A program made the position numbers and the translations under genes. Under the pieces are notes generated by a model, which saw only the letters and a list, made by a program, of their open reading frames with translations, made no database searches and was not told where the DNA came from. Positions 29,068 through 40,734 of a DNA stretch of 64,000 nt are shown here, piece by piece (the stretch's first letter is position 1; every line of letters starts with the position of its first letter). The stretch covers positions 128,001 to 192,000 of the forward strand of contig CAWJSR010000057.1 of NCBI GenBank assembly GCA_963845515.1, read 5' to 3'. The DNA is from an uncultured delta proteobacterium (GTDB lineage Bacteria > Myxococcota > Myxococcia > Myxococcales > Anaeromyxobacteraceae).

Positions 29068-29727
29068 TCATTGATTGGAGGTGACGAAGCCCTTCGCGCC
29101 AGTCTCGCGCGAGAGGTCCTTCAGGAACTTCTCAGCCTCCGCCTTGGTCCCGAAGGCGCCGACGCGCACCCGGTGCCAGGTCTTCCCCTGCACCACCGCG
29201 GTCACGATCCGGGGCTTGAACCTCTGGAACTTCGAGGCGATCCGCTCCGACTCCTCCCGATCGTTGGCGGCCCCCACCTGCACGCTCCAGTCGCCCGACT
29301 GCTGCTGCTCGGCCGCAGGGGCGGGGGGCTCGTCGGGAGGCGGCTGCGGGGCCGGCGCTGGAGGGGCCGGCTCGGGAGCGGGCTGAGGCGCTGCGGCGGG
29401 ATCCGTCGGAGCCGCCGCGGGCGGGGAGGTGGGCTCGGCAGGGGCAGCCGCGGTCGGGCGCTCCTTGACGAGCCTGTCGTGGTAGGTGAGCGACTCGTCG
29501 CGGACCGCGGGGCCGGTGGCCACCTGCGGCTGATCGAGCGCAGCGAGCGCGTCGCCGCCGGAGGCCACTTGCTCCTCGCGCCGGGCAAGCTGCTTCCCGA
29601 CGCTGATCCCCAGCACGAAGACCACCGCGAGGACGACGAGCGCGCCGACCACGACTGACGCGATCTGGCGCCCGTCGAGCGACAGGTCGAAGCTCTCTCG
29701 ACTGCTGCGTGGGTTGACGTCTCGCAT
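29068..29727 (-). CDS. SPOR-domain cell division protein (FtsN/DedD-like)
   Basis: TM, Pro-rich linker, WSVQVGA..WHRVRVGAF; downstream of argS. Confidence 0.9.
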   Translation of the reverse strand: MRDVNPRSSRESFDLSLDGRQIASVVVGALVVLAVVFVLGISVGKQLARREEQVASGGDALAALDQPQVATGPAVRDESLTYHDRLVKERPTAAAPAEPTSPPAAAPTDPAAAPQPAPEPAPPAPAPQPPPDEPPAPAAEQQQSGDWSVQVGAANDREESERIASKFQRFKPRIVTAVVQGKTWHRVRVGAFGTKAEAEKFLKDLSRETGAKGFVTSNQ

Positions 29728-29777
29728 TGAAGGACCTGGCGGCCGCCGCGCACCTGCGCCTGGCCGGTGAGGCGATT

Positions 29778-31589
29778 CTAGGCGTCGTCGCCGATATCGG
29801 AAGTTTCCGGACTCTCCATCCGATCGGGCGCGGCGACCCCGAGCACGGCCAGGCCGTTCGCGAGCGTCTGCTTGAGGGCGCGACACAGGAAGAGCCGTCC
29901 GCGGGTCTTGATGGGATCGCTCCCGATGACGCGCTCACCGCTCCGCTTCCCCTGCGTGTACCAGGAGTGGAAGGCGGCGATCGTCTCCTGGAGCCAGAAC
30001 GCGACCCGGTGCGGCTCCCACGCCAGGGCGGCACCCGCCAGCATGTCCGGGAAGCTCGCGATCCGGCGGATGAGATCCTGCTCCTCCGGAGAGGTGAGCG
30101 ACCGGACCGCCTCCAGATCGAAGCCGGGGAGCTCCACCCCGCCCTCGCGGGCCTTCGCGAAGATCGCCGCCAGGCGCGCGTGGCCGTACTGGACGTAGAA
30201 GACCGGGTTGTCGAGCGTCTGCTTCTTCGCGAGGTCGACGTCGAAGTCGAGCGGCGCGTCCGACCGGCGGGTCAGGAAGATGAAGCGGGTCGCGTCGCGC
30301 CCCACCTCGTCCACGACCTCGCGGAGCGAGACGAGCGTCCCCGCCCGCTTGGACATCTTCACCGACTCGCCGCCCCGGAGGAGGTTGACCATCTGGATGA
30401 GGACGACGTGCAGGTCGTCGCGCGAGCCGCCGAGCGCCTGGAGGGCCGCCTTCAGCCGCGGCACGTAGCCGCCGTGGTCCGCGCCGAGCACGTCGACGAG
30501 GAGGTCCGCCCGCTGCCGCTTCTCCCAGTGGTAGGCGATGTCGGCGCAGAAGTAGGTGGCGGTCCCGTCGGCCTTCTTGACCGGACGATCCACCTCGTCG
30601 CCGAACTTCGAGGAGCGAAAGAGCGTCAGGTCGTCGGACTCGGTGATGCCTTCCGCGGCTGCGTCCGCGTCCACCGCCGGTGGCGGCGCCGTCCCCTTCT
30701 TCGACTTGGGCGGCGGCAGCTTCCCGACGTAGATGAGGTCCTTCGCCGTCATCTCGGCGAGGAACTTCTCGACGATGCCGGACTCGTAGAGCGCCTTCTC
30801 CGAGGACCAGCGATCGAACTCGATGTTGATGGCGGCGAGGTCGCCACGGATGAGGCCGAGGACGTGCTGGACGGCGCGGTCCCGGAAGAGCGTGAGCCAG
30901 TCGGCCTCGGGCGCGTCGAGGAACCTGTCGCCGAGCTCGGCCTTCAGGGCCTGGGCGATCTCCATGACGTACTCGCCCGGGTAGCTCTTGGGCGGCATCG
31001 TGATCTGCCGACCGTGCGCCTCCTGGTAGCGGAGGTGGACCGAGCGGGCGAGCGTCTGGACCTGCGCGCCGAAGTCGTTGACGTAGTACTCGCGGGTGAC
31101 GTCGAAGCCCGCCCAGCGGAGCAGGCTCTGCACGCCGTCGCCGGTGACCGCGTTGCGGCCGTGGCCGACGTGCATCGGGCCGGTCGGGTTGGCCGAGACG
31201 TACTCGACGATGACCTTCTTCCCCTGCCCCACCGTCGTGCGCCCGTACCCCTCCCCCTCGACGAGGACGCGCTCGAGCGAGCGGAACCAGACGTCGGAGG
31301 CGAGCCGAACGTTGATGAAGCCGGGGCCGGCGATCTCGAGCGCGGCCACCGCGCCGCCGGAGTCGACCGCGCGGACCAGCCCGACCATGACCTGCGCCAG
31401 GTCGCGCGGCGGCTTGCCGAGCGGCTTCGCCAGGATCATCGCCGCGTTGACGGCGAAGTCGCCGTGCTTCGGATCGCGCGGGCTCTCGACGGAGAAGGCG
31501 ACCTCGGCGGCCGAGGCCGGCCAGAGCCCGTCGCCTGCCCCCTTTGCGAGCGCACGGCGGAAGATGTCGACGACGCTGTCTCGGATCAT
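29778..31589 (-). CDS. argS: Arginine--tRNA ligase
   Basis: AGPGFIN, SANPTGPMHVGHGR, EYYVND, KMSKRAG, NPVFYVQYGHAR, PDRM. Confidence 0.98.
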   Translation of the reverse strand: MIRDSVVDIFRRALAKGAGDGLWPASAAEVAFSVESPRDPKHGDFAVNAAMILAKPLGKPPRDLAQVMVGLVRAVDSGGAVAALEIAGPGFINVRLASDVWFRSLERVLVEGEGYGRTTVGQGKKVIVEYVSANPTGPMHVGHGRNAVTGDGVQSLLRWAGFDVTREYYVNDFGAQVQTLARSVHLRYQEAHGRQITMPPKSYPGEYVMEIAQALKAELGDRFLDAPEADWLTLFRDRAVQHVLGLIRGDLAAINIEFDRWSSEKALYESGIVEKFLAEMTAKDLIYVGKLPPPKSKKGTAPPPAVDADAAAEGITESDDLTLFRSSKFGDEVDRPVKKADGTATYFCADIAYHWEKRQRADLLVDVLGADHGGYVPRLKAALQALGGSRDDLHVVLIQMVNLLRGGESVKMSKRAGTLVSLREVVDEVGRDATRFIFLTRRSDAPLDFDVDLAKKQTLDNPVFYVQYGHARLAAIFAKAREGGVELPGFDLEAVRSLTSPEEQDLIRRIASFPDMLAGAALAWEPHRVAFWLQETIAAFHSWYTQGKRSGERVIGSDPIKTRGRLFLCRALKQTLANGLAVLGVAAPDRMESPETSDIGDDA

Positions 31590-31701
31590 GGGGCGCGACA
31601 AATACCCGGCGCGGTCGAAGGGCGCAAGCGCGAGGGCGGGGGGGGGCGCCCGGGCTCCGGTGGACGGGACTGGACGCGTTCAGCGACCGGTGAGGCGGAG
31701 G

Positions 31702-32127
31702 CTACTTCGGCGCGACGCGCTCGACGGTGAACTTCACCTTATGCGTCGTGCCGACGATCATGTTGTGAAGGTGATCGAAATCCCGGTCTGCGGTGACGAT
31801 GACGGTGGCGCCGCGCAGCGCGCCGCACCCGACGACCGCGGCGTCGGCCGAGTGGAGCTTCTTGCCCTGGCGGGCGAGCTGCCGCGCGACGCGTCCCCCC
31901 AGACGGGCGGCGTCCTCGTCGAGCGGGACGACCTCGAAGGCCGATTGCAGGTCCGCAAGGTGGACCTGCCACTTCCGGGCGACGCGCGAGCCGGCACGCA
32001 CCTCGAGGAGGGCAATCGTCGGGAGGATGACGGCCTCCGGCTCCTGTTGGAGCCTGGCCAGGACGTCTCGCGCGTCCTGGTTCCCCCGCTGCGCGGCGAT
32101 GATGACGGAGGCGTCGAGCACCTTCAC
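31702..32127 (-). CDS. vapC: PIN-domain VapC toxin
   Basis: VLDASVII, LLEV, DAAV, TADRDF acidic PIN residues. Confidence 0.88.
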   Translation of the reverse strand: MKVLDASVIIAAQRGNQDARDVLARLQQEPEAVILPTIALLEVRAGSRVARKWQVHLADLQSAFEVVPLDEDAARLGGRVARQLARQGKKLHSADAAVVGCGALRGATVIVTADRDFDHLHNMIVGTTHKVKFTVERVAPK

Positions 32128-32369
32128 TTGCGGCGCTCCGCCCGGCGCCGCTTCGTCGTCGGTGCGGCAGCGTCGTCGTCGTCCATTTCGTCGAGCGCGC
32201 GACGCAGCCTATCGGCCGCTTCGTACCTCTCGGCCGTCTCGAGCCCGAGGGTCCGCAGGAGCTGACCGGTTGCGAGCCCCTTGCGCCTGGCGAGCTGATC
32301 GATCTTCGCTCGGGTCTCGGGATCCATGCGGATGGTGATGTCGCCGGTCTTCGCATGTGCACGTGCCAT
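32124..32369 (-). CDS. RHH-type antitoxin (VapB-like)
   Basis: ITIRMDPETRAKIDQLARRKG; acidic tail; GTGA coupling to the toxin. Confidence 0.75.
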   Translation of the reverse strand: MARAHAKTGDITIRMDPETRAKIDQLARRKGLATGQLLRTLGLETAERYEAADRLRRALDEMDDDDAAAPTTKRRRAERRK

Positions 32370-32376
32370 GCGTTGC

Positions 32377-32406
32377 ATTGTAAGTGCTCGCAGAGTTCAG
32401 GCGCAA
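32377..32406 (-). promoter_or_regulatory. Leaderless promoter of the TA operon
   Basis: TTGCGC-N18-TACAAT, 7 nt before ATG 32369; no SD. Confidence 0.55.
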
Positions 32407-32492
32407 CGGTGCGACCTGCGACCCGCCCGAGAGGAGCGTTCCGCGAACTATGGCTCGTGCCGCGAACGGGTCGGCTTCGACCGGTCTCAAGG

Positions 32493-32552
32493 ATCTTCCT
32501 GTACGCGCTCGCGCTCGCGGCCAAGCGTTACGGGATCCTGGTCCACGCCTAC
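32493..32552 (+). mobile_element. Fragment of a Y1 (RAYT/IS200-like) transposase
   Basis: IFLYALALAAKRYGILVHAY resembles the segment just before the 'C.M.NH.H' HUH motif; truncated there. Confidence 0.5.
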
Positions 32553-32857
32553 CCCTTCGGGCGGGGCCTTGGGCCTTCGGGCGGGGCCTTCCGGGGCCTT
32601 CCGAAGTCATGACCGCAATGCCAGCACGTTCGAGCCGGTACTGGATGTTCCCAACCAAGGATCCATTCGCGCCCTCGGAGGCAAGCCCCACACTTCGGGC
32701 ACTTCAAGCTCGCAGCCCATCGATTGGCGCCAAACGCCCATGCGAACATCATCGGAGCGAATGACCAATGCACATAACTGGACATTGCCCCGAAGAACAG
32801 CGCACCTGCCGGCGAGACAACCGTCAGCAAGAGCACCCGGACAGTACGTCGGTTCAT
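32549..32857 (-). CDS. Small membrane protein with zinc ribbon
   Basis: Hydrophobic N-half; CPKC..CWHC; visibly lower GC than the flanks. Confidence 0.55.
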   Translation of the reverse strand: MNRRTVRVLLLTVVSPAGALFFGAMSSYVHWSFAPMMFAWAFGANRWAASLKCPKCGACLRGREWILGWEHPVPARTCWHCGHDFGRPRKAPPEGPRPRPKG

Positions 32858-32859
32858 GG

Positions 32860-33351
32860 TTACAGCGCCGCGAACCCCGCCTGGATCTGCGCCCACGTCT
32901 CGTCGAGGTGCTCGACGATGACGCGGACGTCGGCGAGGACGGGCATGAAGTTGTTGTCGCCGGCCCAGCGCGGGACCACGTGGTAGTGCATGTGGTCTTC
33001 GATGCCCGCGCCGGCGGACTTCCCGAGGTTCATCCCGACGTTGAGCCCGTCCGGCGCGGCGACGCGCTTCAGCACCTCGACGGCCCGGCGTAGCTCGTCG
33101 TGCAGGTCGAACATCTCGTCACGCTCCAGCCGCGCGAAGTCGGCGACGTGGGCGCGCGGGATCACCATCAGGTGGCCGGCGTTGTACGGGAAGCGGTTGA
33201 GGATCGTGAACGAGCGCTCCGAGCGATGGACGATCAGGTTCTGGCGGTCGTTCGCCGGGGGCTGCGCCGGGAAGTTGCAGAAGATGCAGCCGTCCGGCTT
33301 CGGAGCGCGGATGAACTCCATCCGCCAGGGCGCCCAGAGGGGGGTGTCCAC
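32860..33351 (-). CDS. HIT-family protein (Ap4A phosphorylase-like)
   Basis: LWAPWRMEFI, CIFC, NRFPYNAGHLM, AGAGI.DHMHYHVVPRW. Confidence 0.93.
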   Translation of the reverse strand: MDTPLWAPWRMEFIRAPKPDGCIFCNFPAQPPANDRQNLIVHRSERSFTILNRFPYNAGHLMVIPRAHVADFARLERDEMFDLHDELRRAVEVLKRVAAPDGLNVGMNLGKSAGAGIEDHMHYHVVPRWAGDNNFMPVLADVRVIVEHLDETWAQIQAGFAAL

Positions 33352-33359
33352 GCGGTCTC

Positions 33360-34512
33360 CTAACGGGGGAGGAGGTAGAGCCCCGGCCCGCCCGCCTCGG
33401 CGACCCCGGACGCCAGCTCCGCCTTGACCGCGCGCGCTGCCGCGCCGGCCATCCCGCCCATGATCTCCTCGAGGAAGCGGGCGCGGTCGTCGGCCGGGTA
33501 GACCAGCTCCGGCTCGCCCTTCACCTTGGCCTTCTCCATCGCCTGATCGACCGCGGCGTAGAAGTTCCCCAGGTGATCGACGAGCCCCGCCTCGAGCGCC
33601 TCGGCCCCGGTGATGACCCTCCCGTCGGCGACGCGCTTCACCTTCGCCTCCGGCAGCTCGCGGGAGAGGACCACCGCGCCGAGGAACTGGCCGTAGATCC
33701 GGTCGATCAGCCCCTGCCAGTAGACCCGGTCCTCCGGCGTCATGTCGCGGAACGGGTTGCCCGCGTCCTTGAGCGCCCCGCTCTTCACGACCTCCATCTT
33801 GAAGTCGTACCGCTGGGCGATCTTGCTCAGGTTCGGGAACTGGCTGATCACGCCGATGGAGCCGGTGATGGTGCCGGGCTCCGCCATGACGTTCCCCTTG
33901 GGGCAGCCCATGGCGATGTAGAAGCCGCCCGACGCCGCGACGTTCGCCATCGAGCAGACCACCGTCTTCTTCGCCGCGACCTTCCTCAGCTCGTCGAAGA
34001 TCTCCTGGCTCGGCGCGACGGCGCCGCCCGGGGAGTCGATCCGGACGACGATCGCCTTGATGCTCGTGTCCCGCTCGAAGCGGCGCAGGTGCTTCAGCAC
34101 GCGCTCCGAGTCGACGCCTCCGTCGCCCATCCCGATCGGCCCCTTCACCTCCACGATGCCGATCCGCGGGCCGGAGCCGATGTGCACCGAGTCCCCCTTC
34201 ACCGCGCTGTAGGCGAGGAAGAGGAAGCCGAAGAACACCAGGAAGATCCCGCCGAAGATGAAGGCCACGATCGCCAGCGCGAGCCGGTCGCGCCTCGGCG
34301 GCAGCGGGCGGCGGCATCCAGGGGGGCGGTGGGCCCCAGCCGGCGGCGCCCCAGGGGGACGGCTGCGGCGCTCCCCACGCCGTAGCGCCGGCACCCGGCG
34401 GCGTCCCCTGCGCACCGGGCTGCGCGACCGGCGGGCGCGGCGCCTCGGGCGCTCCGGCGCCCGGTCCGACCGGGGTGGTGGGCAGCGGCTCGTTGGGATC
34501 GTTCGGTTCCAT
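33360..34512 (-). CDS. sppA: Signal peptide peptidase SppA (36K type), +1 frameshift near 34305 in the Pro-rich N-terminus
   Basis: RIDSPGG, AASGGFY, TGSIGV, KSGALKD, ADGRV.TG.EA. Confidence 0.9.
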
Positions 34513-34601
34513 GCGCGAAAGGAAACCACGCAGGCGCCCAAAATGCGAGAGCGGCCCGCGTCGCCGCGAGCCGCTCCCTGGTGAAGCCTCTTTCCGCCCT
34601 G

Positions 34602-36308
<1,707 letters not shown>

Positions 36309-36476
36309 TATGTGAAGACCAACCTTTGGGATTCCGCCGGCGGCGGGCGCTGCGCGTTCGGTGCCGGCGAGACCGGTGCTGCCCCCTGGTTCGATTCGCG
36401 TCGCGCCGCCTCGGGGATTGGAGGCTGCGACCGGGCCTGGGCATGTTACCCGAGCCTACCTATTAGAGAAGCGCGG

Positions 36477-36505
36477 ACGCTACACAAGCGAGATCGCTGC
36501 GTCAA
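36477..36505 (-). promoter_or_regulatory. Internal sigma-70-type promoter of rpsA
   Basis: TTGACG-N17-TAGCGT; implies a ~160-nt leader. Confidence 0.6.
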
Positions 36506-36528
36506 GCGGCCCGGGGGTGCAGGACGGG

Positions 36529-37365
36529 TCAGGTGAGCGTCCTCAGCCAGCCGGCGACCCCCTGGACGAGCCAGTCCGGAGTGGAGGCCCCGGCCGAGAG
36601 CCCCACGACGTGGCAGCCGGTGAACCAGGAGGGCTGCAGCTCCTCCTCCGTCTCGACGTGCCAGGTGCGCGGCTGGATCTCACGGCAGATCTCGGCGAGG
36701 TGGCGCGTGTTGGCGCTGTTCTTCCCGCCGACCACCACGACCGCGTCGACCTCGCGGGCGAGCGCGCGCGCGTCCTGCTGCCGCTCCTCGGTGTCGGAGC
36801 AGATGGTGTTGATGACCCGGACCTCGCGGTGGTTCAGGGCGAGCACCGCGACGACCCGCTGGAAGTCGGCGCCGATGCAGGTCGTCTGGGCGACCACCGC
36901 CACCTTCTTGGCCTTGATCTCGGGGATCTCCGCGCCGGGCTTCACCACGCTGTAGGGCCCCTCGCAGTACGAGACGACCCCCTTCACCTCCGCGTGGTTG
37001 GCGTCGCCGACGATCACGACGTGGTACCCCTCGCGCGACAGGCGCTGGGCCATCGCCTGCGGGTACTTCACGTACGGGCAGGTGCCGTCGACCAGGGTGA
37101 GCTTCCGGGCGCGCGCCGCGTCCACCTCGTGCCGGACGGCCCCGTGCGTGCGGACGACGACGGTGGTCCCGTCCGCCACCTCGGAGACGAGGTTGACCGT
37201 CACGACCCCCTTCTCGCGCATCTGCGAGACGGCCTGGGGGTTGTGGATGATCGGGCCGAGCGTGACCACCGGACCTGCGGCGCGGTCGGCGACCTCCATG
37301 ACCTTGTCGACGGTGCGGCGCACGCCCCAGCAGAAGCCGGCGGTCTTGGCGATCTTCACTTCCAT
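36529..37365 (-). CDS. ispH: 4-hydroxy-3-methylbut-2-enyl diphosphate reductase
   Basis: AGFCWGV, IIHNP, RTHG, DGTCPYV, NTICS.T.ERQ, SAGASTP. Confidence 0.97.
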   Translation of the reverse strand: MEVKIAKTAGFCWGVRRTVDKVMEVADRAAGPVVTLGPIIHNPQAVSQMREKGVVTVNLVSEVADGTTVVVRTHGAVRHEVDAARARKLTLVDGTCPYVKYPQAMAQRLSREGYHVVIVGDANHAEVKGVVSYCEGPYSVVKPGAEIPEIKAKKVAVVAQTTCIGADFQRVVAVLALNHREVRVINTICSDTEERQQDARALAREVDAVVVVGGKNSANTRHLAEICREIQPRTWHVETEEELQPSWFTGCHVVGLSAGASTPDWLVQGVAGWLRTLT

Positions 37366-37416
37366 CGGGAGTCCAATCCCTCACTTACCCAGCGCCGGGT
37401 CCCGGGGCAACCCATG

Positions 37417-38070
37417 CTACCGATCGCCCTTCTCGCCGACGAAGCGATCCTTCTCGTCGCGGAAGAGGACGTTGAAGGTCGTGAGCGACCCGTAGCACTT
37501 GGTGACGTACCCCTGCAGCTCGACCTTGTCGGCGTCGGAGAGCTTCTCGTGGCCGTTCAGCTTCGCCTCCAGCACGCGGAGCCGGTCCCGGATCATCACG
37601 ACCTTGTGGAGGAGCCCGTCGATGGGGATCTCCTTCGCCTGGAGCGCCGGATCGTGGGGCTTCAGGACGACGGTTCCGCCCTCCCACTTGCCGGCGATGG
37701 CGACGGGGGCGGACTCCTCGCGGATCAGCTCGCGGAGCAGGTCGGCCAGCTCTTCTCGGGTCATGTCGAGGATCTCCTCGGGGATCGGCGTCTGGGTTCG
37801 GACCGGTGCCGACGCTCCCTGGCGGACCAGCACGGGCCCATGGGGCGAGACGGTGACGGCGCGGCGGCGGGTCGGCTCTGGCGGCGCTGCGTGCGGCACC
37901 GCCTCGTCCCGGGCGAGCCGCCGATCGCAGGCGGGGGCGGTCCCGGGGAAGTCTCCCGTGCGGACGTGGAGCCGGCAGGGGCCGACCGGGCCGCGAGCGT
38001 CTTCGAGGATGGGGCGCCAGAGCCGGCAGCTGCCGCACTCGCGAGCTCCGTACTGGCGCTCGGGGTCCAT
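37417..38070 (-). CDS. Hypothetical protein with N-terminal Cys4 motif
   Basis: CGSCRLW..GPC..C; C-terminal LHKVVMIRDRLRVLE..YVTKCYGSLTTFNVLF; TGATG-coupled to cmk. Confidence 0.8.
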   Translation of the reverse strand: MDPERQYGARECGSCRLWRPILEDARGPVGPCRLHVRTGDFPGTAPACDRRLARDEAVPHAAPPEPTRRRAVTVSPHGPVLVRQGASAPVRTQTPIPEEILDMTREELADLLRELIREESAPVAIAGKWEGGTVVLKPHDPALQAKEIPIDGLLHKVVMIRDRLRVLEAKLNGHEKLSDADKVELQGYVTKCYGSLTTFNVLFRDEKDRFVGEKGDR

Positions 38071-38789
38071 CAGCTTCGGCCCCTCGCCCGCCCCTCGACC
38101 TCGCGGACTTCGCGGACGAGGCGATCGACCACGGCGTCGATCGGCGTCCCGCTGGTGTCGATGATCAGGGCGTCCGCCGCGGGCTTGAGCGGCGCGATCT
38201 CGCGCTCGCTGTCGGCCTTGTCACGGGCGCGCTGATCGGCGAGCACCTGCTCGAACGTGGAGGCGTCGCCCTTCGAGAGCAGCTCGGCGTAGCGGCGCCG
38301 CGCGCGCTCCTCGGCGCTGGCGGTGACGAAGAACTTGGCGTCTGCGTCCGGGAACACGACGGTGCCGATGTCGCGCCCCTCGAGGACGGCGCCGCGGTTC
38401 TCCGGCGCGGCGGCGAGCCGCCGCTGCAGCTCGAGGAGCCCGGCGCGGACCACCGGGCGCGCCGAGACCTTGCTGGCTCCAGCGGAGATGGCGGGCGTCC
38501 GGATGAGCGCCGAGACGTCCTCGACTCCGAGCAGCACCCGCTGACCGGAGCCTCCGGCCGCCGGCGCCGCGAAGTGGATGTCGACGTTCGGGAGGATCGA
38601 CTCCAGCCCGGCGTCGTCATCCAGCGCGACCCCGAGACGCGTCGCCGCGAGGGCGACGGTCCGGTAGATCGCGCCGGTGTCGACGAGGGCGAAGCCGAGC
38701 CGGAAGGCGAGCAGCCGCGAGGCGGTGCTCTTGCCCGCGCCGGCCGGCCCGTCGATCGCGACGATGAAGGGGCGGCGAGGGGACGGCAC
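38070..38789 (-). CDS. cmk: Cytidylate kinase
   Basis: AIDGPAGAGKST, DTGAIYR, EGRDIGTVVFPDA, RD..DSER..APL. Confidence 0.97.
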   Translation of the reverse strand: MPSPRRPFIVAIDGPAGAGKSTASRLLAFRLGFALVDTGAIYRTVALAATRLGVALDDDAGLESILPNVDIHFAAPAAGGSGQRVLLGVEDVSALIRTPAISAGASKVSARPVVRAGLLELQRRLAAAPENRGAVLEGRDIGTVVFPDADAKFFVTASAEERARRRYAELLSKGDASTFEQVLADQRARDKADSEREIAPLKPAADALIIDTSGTPIDAVVDRLVREVREVEGRARGRS

Positions 38790-38794
38790 GTCCC

Positions 38795-39763
38795 CTACTC
38801 TTCGCTGGTGAAGACGCCCATCGCCCGGAACTTCCTGTAGCGATCGGTCACGAGCTGCTCGGGGGAGAGCTGCTTGAGCGCCGCGAGGTGGCGCCGGATG
38901 GCGTCGCCGACGTTCTTGGCGGTGAACGAGGGATCGCGGTGGGCGCCGCCCGGCGACTCGGTGATCAGCTCGTCGGTGATCCCGAAGCCTGCGAGATCCT
39001 TGGCCGTGAGCTTGAGGGCGTCAGCGGACTTCTGCGCCTTCGTCGGGTCGCGGTAGAGGATGGCGCTGCAGCTCTCCGGCGAGATGACGGAGTAGATCGA
39101 GTTCTCGAGCATCAGGAGCCGGTTCGCGACGCCGAGCGCGAGCGCGCCGCCGGAGCCACCTTCGCCGATGACCACCGCGATGACCGGGACCTCGAGCGAG
39201 GACATCACCTCGAGGTTGACGGCGATCGCCTCGGCCTGGCCGCGCTCCTCGGCGCCGATGCCGGGATAGGCGCCGGGGGTGTCGATCAGCGTGATGATCG
39301 GCAGCCGGAAGCGGTTGGCGAGGTCGAACATCCGGCGCGCCTTGCGGTACCCCTCGGGACGGGGCATGCCGAAGTTGCGCAGCATGTTCTCCTTCGTCGT
39401 CCGCCCCTTCTGGTGCCCGACGACGACCACCGGCTGACCGTCGAAGCGGGCGAAGCCGCAGACGATCGCGCGGTCGGCGGCGAACCGCCGGTCCCCTTCG
39501 ATCTCGAAGAAGTCGGTGAAGAGCTCGGCGAGATAGTCGAGGGTGTATGGGCGCGCGGGGTGGCGGGCTAGCTGCACCACCTGCCAGCGGCCGAGGTCGC
39601 TGAAGATCTCGGTCTGGAGCTTCCGGGCCTTCTTCTCGAGCTTCTGGATCTCCTCCGAGAAGTCGATCCGGGCACCGCCGGAGAGTTCCTTCAGCTCCGC
39701 AATCTTGTCCTCTAGGGCGAGGATCGGCTTCTCGAAGTCGAGTGCGTACTTGGTCTTGGCCAC
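38795..39763 (-). CDS. accA: Acetyl-CoA carboxylase carboxyltransferase alpha
   Basis: LDFEKPI, ARHPARP, PEGYRKA, GAEERGQ, GEGGSGGAL. Confidence 0.97.
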   Translation of the reverse strand: MAKTKYALDFEKPILALEDKIAELKELSGGARIDFSEEIQKLEKKARKLQTEIFSDLGRWQVVQLARHPARPYTLDYLAELFTDFFEIEGDRRFAADRAIVCGFARFDGQPVVVVGHQKGRTTKENMLRNFGMPRPEGYRKARRMFDLANRFRLPIITLIDTPGAYPGIGAEERGQAEAIAVNLEVMSSLEVPVIAVVIGEGGSGGALALGVANRLLMLENSIYSVISPESCSAILYRDPTKAQKSADALKLTAKDLAGFGITDELITESPGGAHRDPSFTAKNVGDAIRRHLAALKQLSPEQLVTDRYRKFRAMGVFTSEE

Positions 39764-39804
39764 GGCGCCTTATAGCACGCCATCAGCCGATCGGGCGTCT
39801 GCAG

Positions 39805-40716
39805 TCAAAGCGCCATGACGCGCTGCGCCAAGGCCTCCAGGTCCCACGGAGGAGGGACCCATTCCACCCCGCGCTCCCGCCGAAGCCACATCACCTGACG
39901 GCGCGCGTACTGGCGGGTCTCGGCCTGGACCCGGCGGATCGCGTCTGGCAGGGGGCAGCCCCCCAGCACGACGGCGATGGCAGCCGCGTAGCCGATGGGG
40001 AGCTTCGCGGGAAGCCGCTCCCCGAAGCGCTCGGCGAGCGCGCGCGCCTCCTCCAGCAGCCCTCCCGCGAACATCGCCTCCACCCGGGCGTCGATCCGCC
40101 GATGAAGCTCCTCCCTGGGGGGATCGAGGGCGAAGATCCTCGCCGAGTATCTGTCGGGGGCGAAGGCGTGCTCCCGGAAGCGCTCCGACTGCGTGCGGCC
40201 GGAGGCCGCCATCTCCAGCGCCCTCGTGATCCGGACCAGATCGTTGGGCAGGATCCGCGCCGCAGCCTCGGGGTCGATCGCCGCCAGCCGCGCGTGCACC
40301 GCCGGCCGGCCGTCTCTCCGGGCTTCCTCCTCCAGCCTGGCGCGGAGCTCGGGGTCCCTCCCCGGAGCCTCGACCACGCCGTGCAGCAGCGCCCGGATGT
40401 AGAGCCCGGTTCCGCCGACCACGAGCGGGACGCGCCCTCGCGCGGCGATCCCGGCGATCGCCTCGTCGGCCGCACGGACGAAGCGCGCGGCGTCCCACCC
40501 GTCCCCGGGATCGGCCACGTCGAGCAGGTGGTGCGGGACCGCGGCGCGCTCCTCCGCGGTCGGCTTGGCCGTCCCGACGTCGAGCCCGCGATAGAGCTGC
40601 TGTGAATCTGCGCTGACCACCTCGCCGCCCAGCCGGCGGGCGAGCGCCACGGCGAGCGCCGTCTTGCCCGAGGCGGTAGGGCCCGCGACTACGACGATGC
40701 GGGGGGGCGGCGCCAT
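39805..40716 (-). CDS. miaA: tRNA dimethylallyltransferase
   Basis: GPTASGKT, DSQQLYRGLDVGTAKP, VGGTGLY, TRQYARRQ..W. Confidence 0.96.
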   Translation of the reverse strand: MAPPPRIVVVAGPTASGKTALAVALARRLGGEVVSADSQQLYRGLDVGTAKPTAEERAAVPHHLLDVADPGDGWDAARFVRAADEAIAGIAARGRVPLVVGGTGLYIRALLHGVVEAPGRDPELRARLEEEARRDGRPAVHARLAAIDPEAAARILPNDLVRITRALEMAASGRTQSERFREHAFAPDRYSARIFALDPPREELHRRIDARVEAMFAGGLLEEARALAERFGERLPAKLPIGYAAAIAVVLGGCPLPDAIRRVQAETRQYARRQVMWLRRERGVEWVPPPWDLEALAQRVMAL

Positions 40717-40734
40717 GCGGTGGGCCGCCCCAGG

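Noticed and set aside
29727..31730. Long antisense ORFs opposite argS, feoB, rpsA, glmM and ftsH
   Set aside because: Antisense shadows caused by GC3 bias; no recognisable motifs.
36309..36470. Named riboswitch or leader in the rpsA 5' UTR
   Set aside because: A long GC-rich leader is present but no family could be recognised by eye.
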